This document shows positions 56,519 to 64,000 of a stretch of 64,000 bases of DNA, in pieces (position 1 is the stretch's first letter; each line of letters begins with the position of its first letter). The stretch covers positions 855,265-919,264 of the forward strand of contig OY969788.1 in the NCBI GenBank assembly GCA_963703115.1. Reading direction: 5' to 3'. The notes under the pieces are model-generated. The model was given only the letters and a program-made list of their open reading frames with translations, had not been told where the DNA came from and searched no databases. The position numbers were made by a program, and so were the translations under genes. This stretch comes from an uncultured Alphaproteobacteria bacterium. Its GTDB lineage: Bacteria; Pseudomonadota; Alphaproteobacteria; Sphingomonadales; Sphingomonadaceae.

Positions 56519-56680
56519 TGGTGCGCGTCCTTTCCGAAATTGAGGTGTCACCGCAAAGCAATAAAACACGAAAATTCCGCTTTGTCTCGCCTTCGGCGGC
56601 GGCCTGCCGTTCCGGGCTATCGACTGGTCGCTGCAAAATGTCGCTTTGAGGGTCTGCGGGATTGCGCCTAAAGGCCGCTG

Positions 56681-56887
56681 GTGGCGATTAACGACGATCT
56701 TCCGCTGTCCGAGGAACTGGAGTCGCTGCGGACTGAACATCGTAGGCTCGACGACCAGATCGCAAGGCTGGTCGAGTCGGGCCAGGCCGACCAGCTTGAG
56801 ATTGCCCGCCTGAAAAAGCGCAAGCTTCATCTGAAGGATCGGATCAAGGCGATCGCCGACATCACCACGCCCGACATCAGCGCGTAA
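56681..56887 (+). CDS. DUF465 (YdcH-like) protein
   Basis: 68 aa with a GTG start: LESLRTEHRRLDDQIARL...LEIARLKKRKLHLKDRI. It is divergent from the other DUF465 gene. Confidence 0.7.
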   Translation: MAINDDLPLSEELESLRTEHRRLDDQIARLVESGQADQLEIARLKKRKLHLKDRIKAIADITTPDISA

Positions 56888-56965
56888 TTGCCGACATTCG
56901 TCCCGATCCGGGACATTGTTGCGATTTTCGGAGCCCCGGGGCGCAATCGGGCGTTTCCAAGTCCC

Positions 56966-57463
56966 ATGAACAGTGACATCTTTGGATCCATGGACGAGGC
57001 ACCAATCGCTTCGAACGCCAGGATCACCGCCCGGCTAATCGATTCCCTTTACACAGAGGCGATGCTGCTCGCCGATGAGGCGCGCCATTACTTCGACGAG
57101 AGCGGGCGCGACGAGCGTTCAACGCTGGAACCCTTCGCGCGCGTCGGCTTCGCTTGCGAGTCGCTCAAGGTGACAACTCGGATCATGCATATCGTGGCTT
57201 GGCTGTTGACCCAGAAAGCGATCGAGAGCGGCGAGATATCGTCGGTTGATGGCCGGCGCCCGGACCGTCGGCTGGGCAATGCCCAGGACAGCGATCCCAA
57301 GGTCGTCGAGCAATTGCCGGCGACCGCCAAGCAATTGATCAGCGCGAGCGCCGAACTTTACGAGCGGGTCAAGCGACTCGATGAGGGCGGGATCGAAGTG
57401 GAGGTCGTCGAAAGTCCGGCCCGGGCATTGATGGGGCGGCTGGAGCGAGGCTTGCGCGGTTAG
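56966..57463 (+). CDS. DUF1465 protein (RcdA-like regulator of CtrA degradation)
   Basis: The ATG at 56966. ITARLIDSLYTEAMLLADEARHYF and ESLKVTTRIMHIVAWLLTQKA match my recollection of DUF1465/RcdA. Confidence 0.65.
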   Translation: MNSDIFGSMDEAPIASNARITARLIDSLYTEAMLLADEARHYFDESGRDERSTLEPFARVGFACESLKVTTRIMHIVAWLLTQKAIESGEISSVDGRRPDRRLGNAQDSDPKVVEQLPATAKQLISASAELYERVKRLDEGGIEVEVVESPARALMGRLERGLRG

Positions 57464-57470
57464 TCTCTGG

Positions 57471-58415
57471 CTAACCGCACAGCGCGGCCTTAGCCTCGAT
57501 ATATTCACGCTCAAGACGGTCGACCATGGTAGCGGTTGAAACGATGTCCTTGACTGCACCGATGCCTTGGCCCGACCCCCAGATATCCTTCCACGCCTTG
57601 GCACCACCAAAGTCCATTTTGCTGGGGTCGGCCTCAGGTAGGGCGGCAGGATCCAGTCCAGCGCGGACGATTGAACCCTTGAGATAATTGCCGTGGATGC
57701 CGGTAAACAACGAGGAAGCAACGATGTCCTCAGCGCCCGACTTGACGATTTCCGCTTTATATTCGTCCATCGCCCGTGCTTCATCGGTCGCGATGAACGG
57801 TGAACCGATATAGGACAGGTCGGCACCCATTGCCTGGGCGGCAAGAACAGACTGGCCGCGCGCGATTGCTCCCGACAGGAGCAAGGGGCCATCGAAATAT
57901 TCGCGGATTTCCTGGATCAGCGCGAACGGTGAGAGCTTGCCGGCGTGGCCACCTGCGCCCGTTGCAACCGCGATCAGGCCGTCAGCACCTTTATCCAGCG
58001 CCTTGCGGGCAAAACGGTTGTTGATGATGTCATGAAGCGTAATCCCGCCCCAGCGATGAACCGCCTCGTTCAGCTCCTCGCGCGCGCCGAGCGAAGTTAT
58101 GACGATCGGCACCTTGTATTTCTCGCACGTGACAAGGTCTTCCTCCCAGCGGACATTGGTCGGATGGACGATCTGGTTCACCGCAAAGGGCGCCGCTGGC
58201 CGGTCGGGGTTTTCCCGATCGTGCTTGGCGAGCGTTTCGGTAATCTCATGCAGCCATTCGTCGAGTTGGCTTGCCGGGCGCGCATTCAATGCGGGAAAAG
58301 AGCCGACGATCCCCGCCTTGCACTGCGCGATGACCAGCGGCGGGTGCGAGATGATGAACAGCGGTGCGCCAACCACCGGAAGCCTGAGGTTGGCAAGAAT
58401 CGGCGGAAGGCTCAT
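57471..58415 (-). CDS. nitronate monooxygenase (NMO/2-nitropropane dioxygenase family)
   Basis: 314 aa: PVVGAPLFIISHPPLVIAQCKAGIVGSFPALN and a TIM-barrel FMN-binding pattern (GADGLIAVATGAGGHAG). Confidence 0.85.
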   Translation of the reverse strand: MSLPPILANLRLPVVGAPLFIISHPPLVIAQCKAGIVGSFPALNARPASQLDEWLHEITETLAKHDRENPDRPAAPFAVNQIVHPTNVRWEEDLVTCEKYKVPIVITSLGAREELNEAVHRWGGITLHDIINNRFARKALDKGADGLIAVATGAGGHAGKLSPFALIQEIREYFDGPLLLSGAIARGQSVLAAQAMGADLSYIGSPFIATDEARAMDEYKAEIVKSGAEDIVASSLFTGIHGNYLKGSIVRAGLDPAALPEADPSKMDFGGAKAWKDIWGSGQGIGAVKDIVSTATMVDRLEREYIEAKAALCG

Positions 58416-59416
58416 GCATTGACCCCGAAATAATTGCGGTACCAGTCGACGAAGCGGGGAACGCCCTCGTCGATCCGCGTTTTGGGCTCAAAGCCGTGGT
58501 CGCGCTGGATCGCGCTGATGTCGGCGTAGGTATCGCTGACGTCGCCCCGCTGCATCGGCAGAAGCTCGAATTCCGCCTTCCGGCCGGTCTCTTCTTCAAG
58601 CAGCGCGATCACGCGGCTCAGGTCCTCGCTGCGGCTGTTTCCGATATTGTAGATGGCATGCGGCGCGGTGCTTCCCCCCGCCTTGGCCTCACCATCGTCC
58701 TTGGGCGGGTTGTCGAAGCTGGCGATGATCCCGGCGACGATGTCGTCGATGTAAGTGAAATCGCGCCGCATTTTCCCGCGATTGAACAGCGGCAGCGGCT
58801 TGCCGTCGTAAAGCGCCTTGGTGAAAATGAACATCGCCATGTCCGGGCGACCCCACGGCCCGTAAACGGTAAAAAAGCGCAGGCCGGTCTGCGGAAGCCG
58901 GAACATGCTGGCATAGCTTTCGGACAACAATTCATCCGATTTCTTGGTCGCTGCATATAGCGACAGCGGCCGGTCGACCCGGTCTTCGACGCGGAACGGC
59001 AGGCTCTTGTTGCTGCCATAGACTGAGGAGGACGAGGCATAGACCAGGTGCTTGATTTCGCGCTGGCGGCCGAGCTCTAGCAGGTTGCAATGGCCGACCA
59101 GGTTCGACCGGACATAGGCGCCGGGATTGACCAGGCTGTAGCGAACCCCGGCCTGCGCGCCCAAGTGCACGATCCGGTCGATCGCGTATTTTTCGGCGAC
59201 TTCATTCAAGATTTCGGAATCCGCGAAATCCATCTTCTCGAATGCAAATGCGTCACCATGGAGCGCACGGATCCGGTCCAGCCGAGCATGCTTGATCGCC
59301 GGGTCGTAATAATCGTTGATATTGTCGATCCCGAGCACACGTTCGCCGCGACCAAGCAGTGCAAGCGAAACGTGGGATCCGATGAAGCCGGCCGCGCCGG
59401 TGACCATTATTGACAT
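58412..59416 (-). CDS. NAD-dependent epimerase, UDP-glucuronate 4-epimerase type
   Basis: The ATG at 59416 gives MSIMVTGAAGFIGSHV. It also has YASSSSVYG and YAATKKSDE (YxxxK). The ORF track start at 59512 is too long. Confidence 0.85.
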   Translation of the reverse strand: MSIMVTGAAGFIGSHVSLALLGRGERVLGIDNINDYYDPAIKHARLDRIRALHGDAFAFEKMDFADSEILNEVAEKYAIDRIVHLGAQAGVRYSLVNPGAYVRSNLVGHCNLLELGRQREIKHLVYASSSSVYGSNKSLPFRVEDRVDRPLSLYAATKKSDELLSESYASMFRLPQTGLRFFTVYGPWGRPDMAMFIFTKALYDGKPLPLFNRGKMRRDFTYIDDIVAGIIASFDNPPKDDGEAKAGGSTAPHAIYNIGNSRSEDLSRVIALLEEETGRKAEFELLPMQRGDVSDTYADISAIQRDHGFEPKTRIDEGVPRFVDWYRNYFGVNA

Positions 59417-59614
59417 GGAATAGAGACATAGGCGGCCCGCTTCGACCATCCAAGGCAAAATCAAGAACGCCGGGAACCTAGTCTTGGTCCAACGCGCCCA
59501 AGGTTGGGGCAACTAGCAATTTCACGGTCTTCACAATAAGAACGTGAGAGAGCTTGGAAGGAAAAATAGGGCCTTTTTCCCAGCCCAATAATTTTCACGA
59601 AAACAAGGTAGTAA

Positions 59615-61060
59615 ATGGCTTCGTATCGCCACCACCAAATCCATCCCGTCATCTTGTGCGGGGGCGCGGGCAGTCGGCTTTGGCCCTTGTCACGCCAATC
59701 CTATCCCAAGCAGTTCACCGACTTGCTCGGCGGACTGAGCTTGTTTCAGCGAACCGCAGAGCGCTTGACCGGGGAAGGATTTGCCCCGCCGTGGATCGTG
59801 ACCGGGGAAAATTTCCGGTTCACGGTGACCGATCAGCTGGCTCAGATCGGGATGCACGCGAAAAATATCCTGCTCGAGCCGGAACCCAAGAATACCGGTC
59901 CTGCGATTTGCGCCTTGGCGCTTGCAATCGAAGAGCAGCATCCCGGTGGACTGATGCTTGTTTCACCTTCCGACCATCTCATTCCCGATGGCGAACGCTT
60001 TCGGCAGGCGGTCCTCGATAGCGCTGAGGACGCGGGAAGTGGCCGGATTGTCCTGTTCGGAATCGCGCCGACCCGTCCTGAAACCGGATATGGATGGATC
60101 CAGACGAAAGCGCCGACGGACCGTGAAGAGACCAAGCTGTTGCCGATTGCCCGGTTTGTCGAAAAACCCGATCTCGCCACGGCAACTGCGCTCCTCCAGG
60201 GCGAGGGCAATTTCTGGAATGCAGGAATATTCCTGTTTCGAAGCGATGTAATCATCGCGGCCTTCGAGGAATTCTTTCCGGACATCGTCAGTAACGTCCG
60301 CAAAAGTCTTGCCGATGCGACCAGCGATCTGGGCTTCAGGCGCTTGGGCAAGGCGGGCTGGTGCGATCTGCAGTCGATCTCCGTCGACTATGCGATCATG
60401 GAAAAAGCCCAGAACCTCTATCTCAAGCCCTATCACCACGCCTGGTCGGATCTTGGCGACTGGTCGTCGATCAAGGCGGCGGGCGCAGCGGACGAACATG
60501 GCAATTCGGTTGGCGAAAACGTCACCTATGTCGAGTGCAAGGACACGATGTTGCGCTCGACGTCCGAAGCGATCGAGGTGGTTGGCGTGAACCTTGAGAA
60601 CATCCTGGTTATCGCCATGCCCGACGCGGTGCTGGTCGCGGATTCTTCAAAGGCGCAAAACGTTCGAATTGGGGTGGACCTGCTGACGGCAAAGGGCGCA
60701 AGCCAGGCGGTACAGGCGCGCCGCGACTTTCGGCCGTGGGGCTGGTTCGAAAGCATCGACAAGGGTCCCGGATACCAAGCCAAAAGGCTGGTCATCAACC
60801 CGGGCGGGACCTTGAGCCTTCAGTCCCATCGACACCGGTCCGAACACTGGATCGTCGTTCGCGGGGTCGCCACCGTTACCCTTGGGGAAACGGAACGCAG
60901 CGTCCAGGAAAATGAGTCGGTGTTCATCCCTGTTGGCGTAAGGCACCGGCTTGCCAACCGGACGAAGGAAAAGCTGGTGATTATCGAGGTCCAGACTGGA
61001 AGTTACCTCGGCGAAGACGACATCACGCGATACGAAGACGTTTATGATCGCACGGGGTAA
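59615..61060 (+). CDS. manC: mannose-1-phosphate guanylyltransferase / mannose-6-phosphate isomerase
   Basis: 481 aa: PVILCGGAGSRLWPLSRQSYPKQF, an N-terminal NTP-transferase domain and a C-terminal cupin (RPWGWFESI, YQAKRLVINPGGTLSLQSHRHRSEHWIVV). Confidence 0.9.
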   Translation: MASYRHHQIHPVILCGGAGSRLWPLSRQSYPKQFTDLLGGLSLFQRTAERLTGEGFAPPWIVTGENFRFTVTDQLAQIGMHAKNILLEPEPKNTGPAICALALAIEEQHPGGLMLVSPSDHLIPDGERFRQAVLDSAEDAGSGRIVLFGIAPTRPETGYGWIQTKAPTDREETKLLPIARFVEKPDLATATALLQGEGNFWNAGIFLFRSDVIIAAFEEFFPDIVSNVRKSLADATSDLGFRRLGKAGWCDLQSISVDYAIMEKAQNLYLKPYHHAWSDLGDWSSIKAAGAADEHGNSVGENVTYVECKDTMLRSTSEAIEVVGVNLENILVIAMPDAVLVADSSKAQNVRIGVDLLTAKGASQAVQARRDFRPWGWFESIDKGPGYQAKRLVINPGGTLSLQSHRHRSEHWIVVRGVATVTLGETERSVQENESVFIPVGVRHRLANRTKEKLVIIEVQTGSYLGEDDITRYEDVYDRTG

Positions 61061-61120
61061 AACGAATGTGGCGGCATCTTCGTTGACCGGGAACACCGGG
61101 CGCTTCACAAACCTACGAAG

Positions 61121-62242
61121 ATGAAAATTGGCCTGAATGCGACCGTTATCGATGATCGCCCGTCGGGCGCAAAGCAGCGATTCGTCGGCCTCTACGGTGC
61201 CTTGATCGAGGCGAGTCCCGAACATGAGTTTATCGTCTACGTCCCGGAGGGAAGCGAGTTCGCCAACAGCTTCGCCGAGAAAGGGAACTGCACAGTTCGG
61301 CCGGTCAAGATCGACAATTCCAACCGCACCCTGAAGTACCTGTCCGCTAATCGAACATGGAAGAGAACGCTTAAGGAAGACCGACTGGACATAATCGAGA
61401 ATTATCATTTCCCGCCGGTGTTCAACCCTCACGGTTCAACGTTGCTCACGATCCATGACCTGCGATATTTGAAGAACGAATATGGGGCGTTGTTTCGAAC
61501 CGCCTACAAATATGGAGTGAAGTATTTTCTGAACCGGGTCGATGCCGCGATTATCGTGTCGGACACGATTTTAAAGGATGCGCGATCGCTTCATCCCAAG
61601 GCCAATCTCTACCGCGTATATAACGGCATCGAGTCCGCCCGTTTTAACTCAACCACCAGCGATCGGGGAAAGGCTGGTCCCGCCCGGGCCGATAGCAATC
61701 TGATCTTGGCAGTAGGCCACCTTGAAGGACGCAAGAATTTCGACACGCTGGTGCGTGCTGCAAAGCTGCTCAAGGAGCGCGAGGTGCCTTTCAAGGTGAA
61801 GATCGTCGGCAATGACAGCGGCGAAGGGGCAAATCTCAGAAATTTGGTCGAACAGCTTGGACTTCAGGACAGCTGTCAGTTTCTATCCGATCTCGACGAC
61901 CAGGAGGTCATCCGGCTTTATTCGTCAGCCAGCGTGTTCGTATTTCCATCAAGTTACGAAGGGTTTGGAATTCCGATCCTTGAGGCGATGGCGAGTGGAA
62001 CGCCGATGGCCTTGAGTGAACTTGAAATCTTCCATGAGATTGCAGGAGACTCCGCGATCTATTTTGACACGCACGATCCCGGTGATCTGGCGTTGAAGCT
62101 TCAAACTCTTCTCGAACATCCCGAGCAACGCGCCAAGTTGTCGACGCGCGGGAAAGCGCGCGTAAAGGATTTCGAATTCGCGCATCTGGCGGGCCAGCTG
62201 AAGCAGATTTATCGGGACATCGCCCCCGCGGCAAAACGCTGA
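61121..62242 (+). CDS. glycosyltransferase family 4 (GT-B fold)
   Basis: 373 aa. The C-terminal Glycos_transf_1 pattern is present: LAVGHLEGRKNFDTLVRA, VFVFPSSYEGFGIPILEAMASGTP. Confidence 0.85.
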   Translation: MKIGLNATVIDDRPSGAKQRFVGLYGALIEASPEHEFIVYVPEGSEFANSFAEKGNCTVRPVKIDNSNRTLKYLSANRTWKRTLKEDRLDIIENYHFPPVFNPHGSTLLTIHDLRYLKNEYGALFRTAYKYGVKYFLNRVDAAIIVSDTILKDARSLHPKANLYRVYNGIESARFNSTTSDRGKAGPARADSNLILAVGHLEGRKNFDTLVRAAKLLKEREVPFKVKIVGNDSGEGANLRNLVEQLGLQDSCQFLSDLDDQEVIRLYSSASVFVFPSSYEGFGIPILEAMASGTPMALSELEIFHEIAGDSAIYFDTHDPGDLALKLQTLLEHPEQRAKLSTRGKARVKDFEFAHLAGQLKQIYRDIAPAAKR

Positions 62243-62249
62243 AGGCGGA

Positions 62250-63373
62250 TCAAGATTTTGGCAGTTCTTCCAACCCAAGCGCCTTAAAGTGATGGCGGAT
62301 AACCCGGTCTTCGCGAAACGGTGCGATTGCCTGCGCAAGCATTGCGGCTGAAATCGGCCGCGCGATCGCCTGTTCGATCGCGGCGGCAATCGAGACCGGG
62401 TCGCCCACCTTGGCAAGATAGCCGAACTTGCCGTCCTGTAGAATTTCCCGCGGACCGGTTGGACAGTCGGTCGCGACAGGCGTGCAGCCGGCCATCATGC
62501 CTTCGATAAGGACGTTGGGCATTCCTTCCACGCGGGAGGTCAGTAACGAGATGTCGGCCACTGCAAAATAGGGCAGGGGATTGGCCTTGTGGCCCGCCAG
62601 CCGCACACTGTCTTCAAGGCCGAGAAGTTCAATCTGCTGCTGGAGCTTGGCGCGGTCCGGACCCTCGCCGATGATCATCATTCGAACAGCCAGGCCGCGC
62701 GCCTTCAGTTCCGCAGCTGCGGCGACGGCGTCCTGAAAGCGTTTCCATTCGGCAAGACTTCCAACGCAGACAATCTTCGTGGCCTTCGACTTGGAAAGCC
62801 AATCATCGTCGCACCGCTGGGCAAGGCGATTCCTGAAAATTCGCTGTCGACGATGTTGTACACCCGCTGATGCTTGCCGCGTGGAAAGACCGCCCGATAC
62901 TGGCCCACCATTTCTTCGGAAACGCACGTCAAGGCATCGGCCCGCCAGGCGGTCGCGCGTGCAAGTTTCTTCAGCACCCAGCGCTTGGTCAGCGGCCGGT
63001 TCGAATAGGTGTCGAACGGCGTCACGCGCGACGAGGCGCTGATCTTCGCATTCGATCGCGCCAGTATTGCCATCATCAGGACGAGCACGTTGAGATGGTC
63101 TTCGGCGGAAAACACGATGTCGGGCTTTTGGTCGCGAAGGTAGCGATAGACGCCTTGGGCCATTCCCAGCGTTCGTTCGCTTCCAATGACGATATTTTTG
63201 ACGCCCTCCTGTTCGGGCAATTCAAGCTTGGGATCGACATGACCGATCATCAGCGTGACGTCGTGACCTTGAAGCGCAAGCGACCGGGCGAAGCGGGTCT
63301 GGGCCAAGGCAACCCCGGAAAGCACGTATCGCGGCGTCACCACGAGAATGCGGTATTTCGTACCGGTCGCCAT
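62250..63373 (-). pseudogene. glycosyltransferase family 4, frame broken by a 1-nt indel
   Basis: The N-part comes from the ATG at 63373 (MATGTKYRILVVTPRYVLSGVALAQ...VYNIVDSE). The C-part is ORF 62250..62927 (FRNRLAQ...KIVCVGSLAEWKRFQDAV, LTSRVEGMPNVLIEGMMAGCTPV). The frames join at the plus-strand A4 run 62836-62839. Confidence 0.8.
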
Positions 63374-63374
63374 C

Positions 63375-64000
63375 CTACCTCGCAACCTGGAGGATTTTGG
63401 TAAGTCCCTTGACCAGCGCCGAACGCGAGTAATTTTGTTCGTAGATCGATCGCAGTTGGTCATCATAGGGCAAAGGGGGGGCGGCAATCATTTCGGAGAT
63501 CGCCGCTGACATTTCGACTGCTCCCTCGCACGACCGGCAGGAAGCTGGCACATCATAGCCGACGAACGCCTCGGGCGTTCCGACTACGGCCTTTCCATGC
63601 ATCAGCGCTTCAGCGACCTTGGTTTTCATTCCCGATCCGTCAAAAATCGGGGCGACGACCGCGATCGCGCCGCGGTACCAGGGCGCCAGATCGTCGACCT
63701 GGCCGACCACTTCCAGCTTTCCGGGAAGTTCGATCGCGTCTTTCATCGCACTCATGCCTTTTCCGACCACAAGTGTTGGCACCGGAAGGAAGGGCGCTAC
63801 GTTTTTGGAATACCACAAGATGCCCTGCTGGTTGGCGTAGAAGCTGCCACCGACGAAGAGCAGATAAGGTTCCTTTCGAGCGGGAGGCGCATCGCGTGCT
63901 TCCCGCGGCCTTTCCGCAACGATCATCGGCAGGATGCAATCTGCGGCTCGGCCAAATATGGTTAGAAAGGCTTTGCTGTCCCGTTGGTTCAACGCGATCA
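63375..64000 (-). CDS. glycosyltransferase (GT-B C-terminal domain), 5' end outside window
   Basis: The frame is open to the window edge. LLFVGGSFYANQQGILWY, APIFDGSGMKTKVAEALMHGKAVVGT resembles a Glycos_transf_1 domain. The 205 aa visible are only the C-terminal half. Confidence 0.6.
   Translation of the reverse strand, partial: IALNQRDSKAFLTIFGRAADCILPMIVAERPREARDAPPARKEPYLLFVGGSFYANQQGILWYSKNVAPFLPVPTLVVGKGMSAMKDAIELPGKLEVVGQVDDLAPWYRGAIAVVAPIFDGSGMKTKVAEALMHGKAVVGTPEAFVGYDVPASCRSCEGAVEMSAAISEMIAAPPLPYDDQLRSIYEQNYSRSALVKGLTKILQVAR

Overview
High-GC alphaproteobacterial chromosome segment. Gene content and order look like Sphingomonadales, judged from the protein sequences alone. I support about 70 protein-coding genes. 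I recognised no rRNA, tRNA, CRISPR array, transposase or phage integrase.

Layout:
- 1-43.4 kb is mostly core housekeeping: DUF484-xerC, dedA-like, gshB, yraN, rsmI, hemW, rdgB, rph, hrcA-grpE, a TonB-dependent receptor, acpP-fabF-mltG, M17 peptidase, rimO, K+ channel, ugd plus a priming sugar transferase, SCO/PCuAC copper chaperones, parE, an Hsp20 gene with a sigma32-type promoter, gcrA, argD, hslO, queC-queE, lipB, hemF and a P-II protein.
- 43.4-52.3 kb is a visibly lower-GC island. My 100-nt hand counts gave 56% at 49801-49900 and 47% at 50101-50200, against 63% at 20001-20100. It encodes an atypical lasso-peptide-like RiPP system: ABC exporter, AsnB-like cyclase homologue lacking the Cys nucleophile, a precursor, a PRMT-fold methyltransferase with a PqqD-like tail, an HPr-kinase-like kinase, a PqqD/B1 protein, a putative 2OG-Fe(II) oxygenase and an NTP_transf_5 nucleotidyltransferase.
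- The precursor has a textbook YxxPxLx3Gx5TxG lasso leader. It appears to continue, across a 1-nt frame break, into a peptidase-S74 self-cleaving intramolecular-chaperone domain. I could find no B2 leader peptidase. This is the most interesting candidate for an undescribed system.
- 52.4-64 kb is a polysaccharide locus (EpsG-like, AsnB amidotransferase, UDP-glucuronate epimerase, ManC, three glycosyltransferases), interrupted by dksA, two DUF465 genes, an RcdA-like gene and a nitronate monooxygenase.

Major caveat: at least nine genes are split by single-nucleotide indels, mostly in short homopolymers. The sequence probably contains homopolymer-length errors.

All family calls are from reading the translated ORFs and remembered motifs. 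No searches were run.
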